Part shown: positions 10,570 to 20,600 of the stretch, in pieces
Layout: the number at the start of each line of letters is the position of its first letter
Numbering within the stretch: the stretch's first letter is position 1
NCBI GenBank assembly: GCA_014896485.1
Contig: JADBKH010000005.1
Coordinates: 7,500-71,499, forward strand
Reading direction: 5' to 3'
Source: Bacillota bacterium
Lineage (GTDB): Bacteria; Bacillota; Bacilli; Bu12
DNA length: 64,000 bases
The notes under the pieces: generated by a model
Database searches by the model: none
What the model was told of the DNA's origin: nothing
Seen by the model: the letters and a program-made list of their open reading frames with translations, nothing else
Made by a program: the position numbers and the translations under genes

Positions 10570-11850
10570 TTACCGCTGCTGCAGCGCCCAGCGTAACGCC
10601 TGCGCCCCGATATCTTTCCGGTACTGCATTCCCCGAAAAGAAAGGGTGCGTATGCCTTGGTAGGCTGCCGCAACCGCCTCCAGCAAAGTCGGACGCACAG
10701 CGACCACAGAGAACACACGGCCACTTGCGGTGTATAGCGACCCGCCCTCAACCCGCGTACCGGCTTGAAAGAGCAACAGATCTTCTGACAGAGACGCAAG
10801 ACCTTCAATACGATCGCCGAGCCGCGGGGCGGCAGGATAACCCTCAGATGCGGCGACAATGCAACAACTGGCGGTAGAAGCAAAAGAGATCGCATGCGTC
10901 TGCAAGGCCCCTGTTGCGGCACTGTACAGCGCCGTGGCCAAAGATCCTTGAACGAGAGGCAGCAGTGCTTGGGTCTCCGGATCGCCAAAGCGGGCATTGA
11001 ATTCCAGCACAACCGGTCCTTGTTTGGTCCACTTTAAGCCGGCGTACAATAGCCCCACAAACGGTCGACCTTCGTCGGCCAAAGCACGCAACGTGGGGGT
11101 AAAGACATGGGTCATCACCGCACGATACCCTTCGGCGGGAACGAAGGCTGCCGGGCAGATGGCGCCCATGCCCCCCGTATTTGGCCCACGGTCGTCTTCG
11201 AGCAACGCTTTATGATCCATGGAAAACGGAAAAGCGATGAACCGCTGCCCATCGGTCAGCGCAAAGGCGGAAAACTCCGGTCCCTCTACGTAGCGTTCGA
11301 CCAAAATCTGGTTTCCTGCTTCGCCAAAGCGCCGTTCAACAAGTGCAGCATCGATGGCTTGTTGCGCCGCTTCTGTCGTTTTAGCAACCGTTACCCCCTT
11401 TCCAGCAGCCAGTCCATCTGCCTTGATAACAACGGGACACCCCATCGCTTCGACGGCTGCCCACGCCTGTGCTGGCGTGATACATAGCTGTGCCTGGGCA
11501 GTTGGCACCCCGGCCCGCTCCATCACCTCCTTGGCGGCTGCTTTACTCCCCTCTATTTGCGCTGCAGCTTTGCTCGGTCCAAAGACCGTCAGGCCAGCTT
11601 GGCGCAGATCATCTGCCAACCCATTGACCAACGGCTCTTCAGGTCCGATGACAACAAGGTCGATCTCCTGGCTACGGCAGAAATCGATGAGTGCTCCAGC
11701 ATCGCTTTCGCCGATCGCAACGTTTTCCGCAAGGGTTGCCGTGCCGGGATTACCGGGTGCGACAAAGAGGGCCTCCGTCTCGGCATCTTGGCGCAGCCGC
11801 CAGGCCAATGCATGCTCGCGACCGCCTTTGCCGACGATCAGAATGCGCAC
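10570..11850 (-). CDS. purD: Phosphoribosylamine-glycine ligase
   Basis: GKGGREHAL, KADGLAAGKGV, GPNTGGMG, EFNARFGDPE motifs. GTG at 11850 with AAAGGAGG SD. Confidence 0.97.
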   Translation of the reverse strand: MRILIVGKGGREHALAWRLRQDAETEALFVAPGNPGTATLAENVAIGESDAGALIDFCRSQEIDLVVIGPEEPLVNGLADDLRQAGLTVFGPSKAAAQIEGSKAAAKEVMERAGVPTAQAQLCITPAQAWAAVEAMGCPVVIKADGLAAGKGVTVAKTTEAAQQAIDAALVERRFGEAGNQILVERYVEGPEFSAFALTDGQRFIAFPFSMDHKALLEDDRGPNTGGMGAICPAAFVPAEGYRAVMTHVFTPTLRALADEGRPFVGLLYAGLKWTKQGPVVLEFNARFGDPETQALLPLVQGSLATALYSAATGALQTHAISFASTASCCIVAASEGYPAAPRLGDRIEGLASLSEDLLLFQAGTRVEGGSLYTASGRVFSVVAVRPTLLEAVAAAYQGIRTLSFRGMQYRKDIGAQALRWALQQR

Positions 11851-11933
11851 CTTCCCCCCTCCTTTCTCCCCACGCTGCACCTATTGCTATCCAAACCCAG
11901 AAGCTTCCCATTTTCTCCTTGGCCTAGCCAGAT

Positions 11934-13508
11934 TTAAGCATGTCGAAAGTGACGAATGCCTGTAAAGAGCATGGCGATCCCGTTTGCGTCGCAGACTTCG
12001 ATCGAATCTGCATCTCGGATCGATCCACCCGGCTGGATAATCGCCGTAATGCCCGCCTGTGCAGCCGCCTCAGCGGTATCTGGCATAGGAAAGAAGGCAT
12101 CAGAAGCCATGACGCTACCCCTAGCCTGCCCCTTCGCCTGAGCAATGGCAATCTGTGCGGCACCAACGCGATTCATCTGCCCTCCGCCGATGCCGACGGT
12201 CTGAAAATCCTTGGCCAAAACAATGGCATTGGATTTGACAAAGCGGACCACCGTCCATGCAAAACGCAGTTGTGCCAATTCTGCCTCACCCGGCGCACGA
12301 CGGGTCACCACCTGCAGCTTTGTTTCGTCCAGATCGAGATCATCACGCTCCTGCAGCAAGATCCCTCCCCCAATTTTCAGCGTCTGGTAAGTGGACAAGA
12401 CGGCCGCCTGGACCGGCAGAGGGGGAACTTCCAACAGACGAATGTTTTTCTTCTGGGAGAGCAGTGCCAGGGCGTCTGCTACATACCCCTGTGCGATGAC
12501 CACTTCGATGAACAGCTCGTGTACTGCTTTCGCAACCTCCACATCAACCGGCCGATTGAAGGCAAGGATACCCCCGAAGATCGAGACCGGATCCGCTGCA
12601 TAGGCTTTTTGGTACGCTACAGCGAGTGTTTCCCCGACACCGACCCCGCAGGGCGTACTGTGTTTGACAGCCACAGCAGCCGGCCTTTCAAAAGACTGGG
12701 CCAAGCGCCAAGCGGCATCGGCATCCATGATGTTGTTGTACGAGAGCGCTTTGCCATGCAGCTGCCGAGCTGTCGACAACGTGTTGGGCTCTGGGAAGCA
12801 ATCCCGATAGAACGCCGCTCGCTGGTGCGGATTTTCTCCATACCGCAGGAGCTGCTGGCGCTCAAAAGTAAGTGTTACCTGAGGTGGAAAAAGTGCTTCG
12901 ATCTGTTCTTGTGGATCGGAGGAGTGTTGCCGCACTTGTTCTTCCAGGTAGGCTGCGATCACAGCGTCGTACGCAGCTGTATGCTGAAAGACCTTGGTGG
13001 CATAGCGGAAGCGCTGCTCTTTGCTGGGGCCGCCATGGCGCAATTGCTCCGCGGCCTGCGTATAGTCGGCAGGATCACAGAGGACGAGAAGATCCGCGTA
13101 GTTCTTTGCTGCAGCGCGCAACAGGGTCGGACCACCGATGTCGATCTGTTCGATCGCGTCTTCTAGGGTCACCTTCGGATCGGCAATCGTCGCTGCAAAT
13201 GGATAGAGATTGACAACAACCAAATCGATCGGGCGAATGTCCAGCTGTTTCAACTGTTCCATCTGGTCCGGACGATCCCTTCGTGCCAACAAACCCGCGT
13301 GGATTGCCGGATGCAGCGTCTTGACACGGCCATCGAGCATCTCTGGAAAGCCGGTCACTTCCTCCACAGGCGTCACTGCAATGCCCGCGTCCTGCAAAAG
13401 CGCAGCCGTTCCTCCTGTGGAAACCAATTCCCACCCCATCTCCTGCAGCTGTTTGCAGAATGGGACCAGATCTCGTTTGTCTGATACACTGACCAAGGCA
13501 CGATGCAC
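11934..13508 (-). CDS. purH: Bifunctional AICAR transformylase/IMP cyclohydrolase
   Basis: ALVSVSDK, GRVKTLHP, IDIGGPT, LRYGENPHQ, SDAFFP, RHFRH motifs. Confidence 0.97.
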   Translation of the reverse strand: MHRALVSVSDKRDLVPFCKQLQEMGWELVSTGGTAALLQDAGIAVTPVEEVTGFPEMLDGRVKTLHPAIHAGLLARRDRPDQMEQLKQLDIRPIDLVVVNLYPFAATIADPKVTLEDAIEQIDIGGPTLLRAAAKNYADLLVLCDPADYTQAAEQLRHGGPSKEQRFRYATKVFQHTAAYDAVIAAYLEEQVRQHSSDPQEQIEALFPPQVTLTFERQQLLRYGENPHQRAAFYRDCFPEPNTLSTARQLHGKALSYNNIMDADAAWRLAQSFERPAAVAVKHSTPCGVGVGETLAVAYQKAYAADPVSIFGGILAFNRPVDVEVAKAVHELFIEVVIAQGYVADALALLSQKKNIRLLEVPPLPVQAAVLSTYQTLKIGGGILLQERDDLDLDETKLQVVTRRAPGEAELAQLRFAWTVVRFVKSNAIVLAKDFQTVGIGGGQMNRVGAAQIAIAQAKGQARGSVMASDAFFPMPDTAEAAAQAGITAIIQPGGSIRDADSIEVCDANGIAMLFTGIRHFRHA

Positions 13509-13522
13509 GAGCGTACGACCTC

Positions 13523-14137
13523 CTAAGGCAATCCTTCTACAAAGACATGACGCCCATTGATATGAACACGATCCTCTGCAAACCATTGCAGGACGGTTGG
13601 CAACAAGCGATGTTCCACTTCGTGAATGCGGGCGCGCAGGCGGTCAACATCATCCGACTGCAGGACGGGAACAGCCTGCTGGGCAATGATCGGTCCTGTA
13701 TCGACGCCTTCGTCAACTAGATGGACGGTACAGCCACTGACCCGCACGCCTGCCGCCAAAGCCTGTCCGACGGCATCCAGACCTGGAAAAGCTGGCAAAA
13801 GGGCCGGGTGCAGGTTGATCATCTGCCCAACGAAGGCGCCGCGCAGGGTAGGACCGCAGATCCGCAGGTAGCCGGCCAAAACCGCAAAATTGGCTTGCCA
13901 GCGTCGGGCATGCGCGACGAGTGCCGTTTCAAAAGCGGCCTTGTTCGGAAAATCAGCTGGGGAGACACCGTAGCTTGGTATCCCATGCGCTTCTGCTCGC
14001 TGCAAGGCAGGGCAATCCGGACGATCGCTTAAGACGACCGCCACCGTTGCCTGTAAAGCCCCGCTTTCGATCGCTGCGAGAATTGCGGCCAAATTGCTCC
14101 CTTCCCCAGAGGCAAAGACGGCAAGACGCATCTCCAT
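13523..14137 (-). CDS. purN: Phosphoribosylglycinamide formyltransferase
   Basis: ASGEGSNL, NLHPALLP, GVDTGPII motifs. Confidence 0.96.
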   Translation of the reverse strand: MEMRLAVFASGEGSNLAAILAAIESGALQATVAVVLSDRPDCPALQRAEAHGIPSYGVSPADFPNKAAFETALVAHARRWQANFAVLAGYLRICGPTLRGAFVGQMINLHPALLPAFPGLDAVGQALAAGVRVSGCTVHLVDEGVDTGPIIAQQAVPVLQSDDVDRLRARIHEVEHRLLPTVLQWFAEDRVHINGRHVFVEGLP

Positions 14138-14138
14138 C

Positions 14139-15167
14139 CTACTCCTCCCAGCGAATCCCGCGCGGCCCCTTTTCGACCTGACCCAGCATGACCGGTTCCT
14201 CCCCGCTGTCCGCTAAACGAACCATGATTGCTTCAGCCGCTTGGGCATCGACAAGGAGCACCATGCCGATGCCCATGTTAAATGTCGCAAACATCTCCTC
14301 GGTGTTGATCCCACCCCATTCCGACAGCTTCCAAAAGAGCTGGGGAACTTCCCATGCTGTCCGCTGTACATGGGCGCAGCAGTTTTGTGGCAAGACACGC
14401 GGCAAGTTGCCCTGCCACCCTCCCCCTGTAAGGTGCGCCGCAGCATGCACGCCACCGATCCGTAGCGCTTCCTGCAACGCGTGCACATAGAGGCGGGTAG
14501 GCGTAAGCAACACTTCCCCCAGCAGACCAATCCCAGGAACCACATCGTCGTAGCGCAATCCCTGCTCGACAAGAATACGCCGGACCAATGCATAACCGTT
14601 GGCATGCAGTCCACTGGATGGCAGCCCGATCAGCCAATCACCAGGTTGTACGGCACTGCCGTCTAAAATCTGATCCCGGGCAACCACTCCAACGGCAAAG
14701 CCAGCCAGATCCATCCGTCCCACAGGATAAAAGCCAGGCATCTCCGCCATTTCCCCGCCGAGCAGAGCGGTTTGGATCTGTGAGAGTGCTCGGCTCATCG
14801 AGGCAACAACACGTTCAATCGCCTCAGGATCCAGCCGTCCTGTGGCGATGTAATCGAGAAAGAAAAGGGGTTGGGCTCCGACTGTGACGATGTCGTTGAC
14901 ACACATAGCCACCAGATCGATGCCAACCGTCTCCCACGATCCCAACGCTTCTGCAATCGCCAGCTTGGTACCGACGCCATCACATCCGGCCACCAAGACA
15001 GGATCTGTCACTCCCTGTGGCAGCCGGAAAAGGCCAGCAAAGCCGCCCAAGCCACCGATGACCTCAGGCCGGAACGTATGTTGCGCCCATGGTTGGATAC
15101 GTCGCACCGCCTCTTCTCCGGCTGTGACGTCTACACCGGCGCTGCGGTAATGCGAGCGCTCATTCAC
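14139..15167 (-). CDS. purM: AIR synthetase
   Basis: YRSAGVD, DGVGTK, AMCVND, GGEMAEMP, TFNMGIG motifs. GTGA overlap with the purF stop. Confidence 0.96.
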   Translation of the reverse strand: MNERSHYRSAGVDVTAGEEAVRRIQPWAQHTFRPEVIGGLGGFAGLFRLPQGVTDPVLVAGCDGVGTKLAIAEALGSWETVGIDLVAMCVNDIVTVGAQPLFFLDYIATGRLDPEAIERVVASMSRALSQIQTALLGGEMAEMPGFYPVGRMDLAGFAVGVVARDQILDGSAVQPGDWLIGLPSSGLHANGYALVRRILVEQGLRYDDVVPGIGLLGEVLLTPTRLYVHALQEALRIGGVHAAAHLTGGGWQGNLPRVLPQNCCAHVQRTAWEVPQLFWKLSEWGGINTEEMFATFNMGIGMVLLVDAQAAEAIMVRLADSGEEPVMLGQVEKGPRGIRWEE

Positions 15168-16582
15168 CGCCTGCTTCCCTCCTCTTGAAGGGAGCTTTGG
15201 CCGATCTCCTCTTCGATGGGAGTTGGATAGACACCGGTAAAGCACGCCGTGCAAAAAGACGCTGCAAGCTCGCTTTCAGAAACTGCCCAAGCCAACCCTT
15301 CAACAGAGAGGTAAGCCAAAGAGTCCGCTCCGATCCTTTCACGCACCCCATCGATCCCCCACTGGGCAATGGCCAGCTCCTTCGGATCTCCGGTATCGAT
15401 CCCATAAAAGCAAGGGAAACGCACTGGCGGGGAGGCAATGCGCATGTGCACTTCCAAGGCACCTGCCTCACGCAGCAATCCAACGATGCGGCGGCTGGTC
15501 GTTCCCCGCACGATCGAATCGTCGACGACCACCACGCGTTTTCCTGTAAGGACACCCGGTACTGTCGTCAGTTTGAGACGCACTTTGCCTTCGCGTAAAG
15601 AGGGGGAAGGCTGGATGAAAGTACGGCTGGCATAGCGGTTGCGCATCAACCCCATCTCGTAGGGCAGACCGCTTTGCTCCGCGAAGCCCATTGCTGCGGA
15701 GAGCCCCGAATCCGGAACGCCAATGACGAGATCGGCGTCGACAGGCGCCTCTTGTGCCAAGCGTTCTCCAGCACGGCGCCGCCCTGAATGGACAGCAAAA
15801 CCGGATGGAAGCAAGGAGTCAGGCCGTGCAAGATAGACCGACTCAAACAGACAGCCCCTGCTAGAGAGGCGATCGTCAAAGCGCACCGACTTCACTCCCG
15901 CTTCGGTAATGACCAACAGCTCCCCCGGCTCCACTTCCCGTACATACGTCGCCCCGATCAAGTCAAACGCACAGCTCTCTGAGGCAAGATACCAAGCTGT
16001 CTGGGAACGACCTAAGCACAGCGGCCGAATGCCATTGGGATCGCGTGCACCCAGGAGGGCATGGGGCGTCAGAAAGAGAAAGGCATAGCCCCCGCTCACT
16101 TGTCGCAATGCGGAGACGATCGCGTCGATGCGCTTTGCTCCTCCCCCCCGTGCAATCAGGTGGAGCAACACCTCACTATCGACGGTCGAACGAAAGATCG
16201 CGCCTTGCGCCTCTAACCGACGGCGCAAAGACAATGCATTGGTCAAATTGCCGTTGTGGCAGAGGGCCAAAAATCCGTCGAGGGAACGCATGCCAAACGG
16301 CTGTGCGTTCTCGATGACGGTCTCTCCCTGTGTGGAGTAGCGCACATGGCCGATGGCGGCACGCCCTTGCAGGGCAGCGACGTCGATGTTGGCCAATGCC
16401 TCGCCCAAGAGTCCCAAGCCAGTGTGGAGGGTCAGTCCGTCGGGTCCGGCCACCGCGATGCCTGCGCTCTCCTGACCGCGATGTTGCAGGGCATATAAGC
16501 CCAAGTAGACGTTGGCGGCCGCCTGTGGATCTCCGAAAGCACCGAAGATGCCACAGGCTTCCCGCATACCCGTCGGTTTCAT
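15164..16582 (-). CDS. purF: Amidophosphoribosyltransferase
   Basis: Short propeptide then CGIFG; QHRGQE; VVVDDSIVRGTT; Fe-S cysteines (PCFYGID, CTACF). Confidence 0.97.
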   Translation of the reverse strand: MKPTGMREACGIFGAFGDPQAAANVYLGLYALQHRGQESAGIAVAGPDGLTLHTGLGLLGEALANIDVAALQGRAAIGHVRYSTQGETVIENAQPFGMRSLDGFLALCHNGNLTNALSLRRRLEAQGAIFRSTVDSEVLLHLIARGGGAKRIDAIVSALRQVSGGYAFLFLTPHALLGARDPNGIRPLCLGRSQTAWYLASESCAFDLIGATYVREVEPGELLVITEAGVKSVRFDDRLSSRGCLFESVYLARPDSLLPSGFAVHSGRRRAGERLAQEAPVDADLVIGVPDSGLSAAMGFAEQSGLPYEMGLMRNRYASRTFIQPSPSLREGKVRLKLTTVPGVLTGKRVVVVDDSIVRGTTSRRIVGLLREAGALEVHMRIASPPVRFPCFYGIDTGDPKELAIAQWGIDGVRERIGADSLAYLSVEGLAWAVSESELAASFCTACFTGVYPTPIEEEIGQSSLQEEGSRR

Positions 16583-18843
16583 GCCGTGCCCTCCCGATAT
16601 GCTTTAGCAAGCGCATCTCTTGGCCATTTCAACCTACCCATCTCTCCCGTCGCTACCGTCAATTGCGGCTCCTGCTCTTCTCCAACGGTGCCTATGGCCG
16701 TCAACTGGATTCCGTCTGCTTGCGCCTGCACGGTGAGTGCGGCTGAAACTTCTGCTGGTGCAGCCAATAAAAATCGTCCGGCGCCTTCCCCAAAAAGGAC
16801 GGCGCCTGCCTGCGCAATCGTCAACGACGGAAGCACCACCTGTACACCGAGACTGCTTTCGACCGTTTCTTGTGCCAAAGCCACGAGCAAGCCCCCCTCC
16901 CAGAGAGGCTCGGCAAAGGAGAGCAACTGCGCTTGCCAAGCCGTACGCACAAAGGCACAGGTACGGAGAACGTAATCCACATCCAAAAAGGGAAGATCGA
17001 TTTCTTCAGGAGGCGTCTCCAGCAAAGCCTCGGCCATGCTGCCCGACCAGCTTCCCGCCAAAGAACCAGCCACCCACAACCGATCTCCCCGCTGCCAGCA
17101 GCCTTCCTGTGACCGCGGTTGCCAAGCGTCGATCCGGCCAGCTGCTCCAATGACCAACGTCGGTGGAATGGCACCCAGTGCGCTCTCGTTGTAAAGGCTC
17201 ACATTGCCGGAAACGACAGGAAGGCCGAGCATTCGACATGCATCCGCAGCGCCGGCCGTCGTCCGATCGAGCGCAACGGCACCTTGGGGGGTTTCTGGAT
17301 CGCCCAAGTTGAGGCAGTCGGTCACACCCAACGGCGTGGCACCGACTGCAGCCAACCGTTCGACTGCCTCGATGACGGTGAGCGCAGCTCCGCGATACGG
17401 ATCGCGGGCGGCATAGCGTGGATTGGCTGTCATTGTCAGAGCAAAAGCCGATCGCACCTCTTCGTCCGCTTCCTCCGTGAGCAAAACGGCAGCGCCCGCA
17501 CCCGGACCCCGAGCTGTCCTGCCTCCGACACCGCTGTCATAGCGCTCATAGATAGCTGCTTTTTGCCTAAACCGCGGATGAGCCAACAAGCACAGAAGCA
17601 GTTTCTCTATCTCAGCTGATTCGGAGATAGGGGCAAGGGATACAGGGTGGAGTGGGCCCTTTTGCGGGAGGAGATACGATTCTTGTGAAAGGGAGACCAC
17701 CGGCACTTCGGGGGCCTCACACAGCAGTCCCACCGGTAGATCGGCCACGCACTCCCCGTGGTGATAGACAACATACCGGGGCGCCTCGGTCACCTCTCCC
17801 ACCACCGCGACCTGCAGCTGATAACGCTCCCCGAGCGCTTCGAGACGTGGGTAAATGTCTTTGGAAATTTCCACCAACATGCGTTCCTGTGACTCAGAGA
17901 GCAGAATTTCCCAAGCAGCCAGGCCTTGTTGCCGCAACGGTACGTGGTCTAACTCGAGGCGACAACCCCATCCCCCCTTGTGACACAGTTCCGCACTGGA
18001 CGAAAGCAGTCCCGCAGCTCCCATATCCTGACATGAGACCAACCACCCTGCCTCGACGGCTTCTAGGATCGCTTCGATCAGCCGCTTTTCCGCAAACGGA
18101 TCGCCCACCTGAACGGCTGGACGATCGGCCGCCGCATCGCTGCGCAACTTTTCCGAAGCGAATGCCGCACCACCGACGCCATCCCGGCACGTCGTCGCCC
18201 CGATCAAGACGAGCAAGTTTCCTGGCCGTTGTGCACGGCCAAAAACGATCCGCTGGAGTGGAACCAAACCGACGGCCATGGCGTTGACCAAAGGCTGGCC
18301 CCGGTACCCCGCGTCGATCCGCGTCAGGCCACTCACCGTAGGCACACCGACGGCGTTTCCATAGCTGCTCACACCTGTGACAATTCCTTCTGCCAAGAAG
18401 CGATCGGCGGGGAGATCCGAGGGGCCAAAAAAAAGCCCGTCCAACAGCGCCACAGGGCGGGCACCCATCGCCAAAATGTCGCGCAAGATACCACCTACGC
18501 CAGTCGCTGCTCCTTGAACAGGGTCGATCGCGGAAGGATGATTGTGGCTCTCGACTTTCATTGCCAGCCCCATCCCTTGACCGAGATCGAGAATGCCGGC
18601 ATTCTCCCCAGGCCCTTGCACGACAGCGGTACCTTTTGTCGGAAAGCGGCGCAAGAAGGGACGGCTGTGCTTATAGCTGCAGTGTTCCGACCACAGTGCA
18701 CCAAACAGACGCAGCTCGACGGGGTTGGGCAGGCGCTGGAGCTCACGTATCAACCGTTGAAGCTCATGGTCGCTCAGGTGAAGGGCATGGGCCTGTGCCA
18801 CCATCGTTTCTGAGAGCACGCTGTTATCGGTGCTTTCAGACAT
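16579..18843 (-). CDS. purL: FGAM synthase large subunit (small-type PurL)
   Basis: WSEHCSYK, ESHNHPS, DMGAAG, SESQERM, SGNVSLYNE motifs. Confidence 0.95.
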   Translation of the reverse strand: MSESTDNSVLSETMVAQAHALHLSDHELQRLIRELQRLPNPVELRLFGALWSEHCSYKHSRPFLRRFPTKGTAVVQGPGENAGILDLGQGMGLAMKVESHNHPSAIDPVQGAATGVGGILRDILAMGARPVALLDGLFFGPSDLPADRFLAEGIVTGVSSYGNAVGVPTVSGLTRIDAGYRGQPLVNAMAVGLVPLQRIVFGRAQRPGNLLVLIGATTCRDGVGGAAFASEKLRSDAAADRPAVQVGDPFAEKRLIEAILEAVEAGWLVSCQDMGAAGLLSSSAELCHKGGWGCRLELDHVPLRQQGLAAWEILLSESQERMLVEISKDIYPRLEALGERYQLQVAVVGEVTEAPRYVVYHHGECVADLPVGLLCEAPEVPVVSLSQESYLLPQKGPLHPVSLAPISESAEIEKLLLCLLAHPRFRQKAAIYERYDSGVGGRTARGPGAGAAVLLTEEADEEVRSAFALTMTANPRYAARDPYRGAALTVIEAVERLAAVGATPLGVTDCLNLGDPETPQGAVALDRTTAGAADACRMLGLPVVSGNVSLYNESALGAIPPTLVIGAAGRIDAWQPRSQEGCWQRGDRLWVAGSLAGSWSGSMAEALLETPPEEIDLPFLDVDYVLRTCAFVRTAWQAQLLSFAEPLWEGGLLVALAQETVESSLGVQVVLPSLTIAQAGAVLFGEGAGRFLLAAPAEVSAALTVQAQADGIQLTAIGTVGEEQEPQLTVATGEMGRLKWPRDALAKAYREGTA

Positions 18844-19549
18844 GGCCAGCCACCTCCTCACGCAGCCGTTGAAAAAAGAAAAGTCCGTCAACGTTACCGA
18901 GCCGCCGATCGGCCGCACGTTCTGGATGGGGCATCAGTCCAGCGATGCGTCCGGACGGATCGCAGATGCCGGCAATGCGATCGACACTGCCATTCGGATC
19001 GTCTGCATAGACCGCCAAGACGCGCCGATGCTCCCAAAGGGTATCCAACTCGGAGTCCTCTGCCCAGAAGCGCCCTGCAGCATGAGCGATCGGCCAGGAA
19101 AGGGGCCTCTTTCCCAACGCCCGCCCAAAAGGGCCCTGGGCGTTTTGCGGAAGGATCTGCTCTGCCCTACAGCGAAACCCGACCGGTTCGTTAGGGAGGA
19201 GCACCCCAGGAAGCACACCGGCTTCCAAGAGAATCTGAAAACCGTTACAGATGCCCAGCACCATTGCCCCTTCAGCTGCAGCACGCAGGATGGGACCAAG
19301 CTGCGGACGATGTGCGGCGATGGCACCCGGACGCAGATAATCGCCGTAGGAGAAGCCACCCGGCAACACGTACAGATCGTAGCCCACGTCCACCTCGGAC
19401 GCCCAAAGACGCGTTGCCTGCCACCCTGCGCGTGTGAGCGCATGATAGGTCTCGCGATCGCAGTTGGTTCCGGGAAAAAGGACGACCGCCGCCCGCGGGC
19501 GCTTCTCCCCAGGCTGTGATCCGAAAGTCGGCACTGCCTCAGCGTTCAC
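18836..19549 (-). CDS. purQ: FGAM synthase glutaminase subunit
   Basis: FPGTNC, PGGFSYGDYLR, GICNGFQ, MPHPER motifs. Confidence 0.96.
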   Translation of the reverse strand: MNAEAVPTFGSQPGEKRPRAAVVLFPGTNCDRETYHALTRAGWQATRLWASEVDVGYDLYVLPGGFSYGDYLRPGAIAAHRPQLGPILRAAAEGAMVLGICNGFQILLEAGVLPGVLLPNEPVGFRCRAEQILPQNAQGPFGRALGKRPLSWPIAHAAGRFWAEDSELDTLWEHRRVLAVYADDPNGSVDRIAGICDPSGRIAGLMPHPERAADRRLGNVDGLFFFQRLREEVAGHV

Positions 19550-19812
19550 GATGCCGCCTCCAAATAGGGGTGGACTTCCACGGTAAAGTGCTCGCTCACC
19601 GGGTTGGCCAAAATGCGCCGTGCCATCTCTTCGGCGCGCTGTTCTGCCAAAGCGAGGGAAGGGGTCTCTTCTGTCCAACGATAGATTTTGCCGACATGCA
19701 TCGCTTCCACGTTGTCAAACCCCAAATCGGCCAGCGCCACCGTTACGGCTTCGGCTTCGGGATCACGCAATTGCGGCTGTGGTTCGACCGTCAGCGTGAC
19801 CTGTACTTTCAC
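19546..19812 (-). CDS. purS: FGAM synthase subunit PurS
   Basis: DPEA...LGF, VGK and LANPVSE motifs; 88 aa between purC and purQ with GTGA overlaps. Confidence 0.9.
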   Translation of the reverse strand: MKVQVTLTVEPQPQLRDPEAEAVTVALADLGFDNVEAMHVGKIYRWTEETPSLALAEQRAEEMARRILANPVSEHFTVEVHPYLEAAS

Positions 19813-20540
19813 GCGAGCACGCCTCCCAAACGATGGAGCATCTCTTGGTACGCTTCTTCTACGCCACCCATGTCCCGCCGAAAACGATCCTTGTCGAGCT
19901 TTGCATGAGTCTGGACATCCCAAAAGCGGCAGGTGTCTGGCGAAATCTCATCAGCAACCACGATCTGTCCGTCTGTATCCTTGCCAAATTCCAGCTTGAA
20001 ATCGACCAGCAGTACATTGCGCCGAAGAAGATCTGCCGAAAGCACGTCGTTGACCCGCAAAGCCAGGCGACGCATTTCGTCCACTTCTTCTTCCGTCGCC
20101 CACCCCAACACAGCCACCTGCTCTTCGGTCACCAGTGGATCGCCAAGTGGATCGCTCTTGTAGTCAAATTCAACGGTGGGATGGCGCAACGGCGTCCCTT
20201 CTTGCAGACCCAGCCGCTTGGCCATCGATCCAGCTACGAGATTGCGCACGATCACCTCGAGCGGAAAGAGATCGACTTTGCGTACCAAGCTCTCGTTTTC
20301 TGAAAGCTTGCGCACATGATGGGTCGGTACCCCTGCCTGCTGGAGCATCTCAAAGAAGATGGCCGAAATGGCATTGTTCAGTGCGCCTTTGCCCGAGATT
20401 TTCGCTTTCTTCTTGCCATCAAACGCGGTGGCGTCATCCTTGTAGAACATCACATAACAATCCGGCAGGTTACATGTATAGAGTTGCTTTGCCTTGCCCT
20501 CATACAACATTTCGCCCCGCCGGATCTCTTCCATCGCCAT
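19809..20540 (-). CDS. purC: SAICAR synthetase
   Basis: [31 protein letters not shown] motifs. Confidence 0.97.
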   Translation of the reverse strand: MAMEEIRRGEMLYEGKAKQLYTCNLPDCYVMFYKDDATAFDGKKKAKISGKGALNNAISAIFFEMLQQAGVPTHHVRKLSENESLVRKVDLFPLEVIVRNLVAGSMAKRLGLQEGTPLRHPTVEFDYKSDPLGDPLVTEEQVAVLGWATEEEVDEMRRLALRVNDVLSADLLRRNVLLVDFKLEFGKDTDGQIVVADEISPDTCRFWDVQTHAKLDKDRFRRDMGGVEEAYQEMLHRLGGVLA

Positions 20541-20600
20541 GTCGATTCTCCTCCTCGCATTTGCCGCGTCCGCTCCGTTCTTTCCTCTCCTGTCTTTTCG

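Noticed and set aside
11940..13166. 408-aa antisense ORF in purH (likewise 810-1724, 1195-2337, 3255-4247, 20997-22103, 22565-23548, 32018-33016, 36183-37169)
   Set aside because: All lie opposite well-supported genes and show no recognisable domains, as expected in GC-rich DNA.
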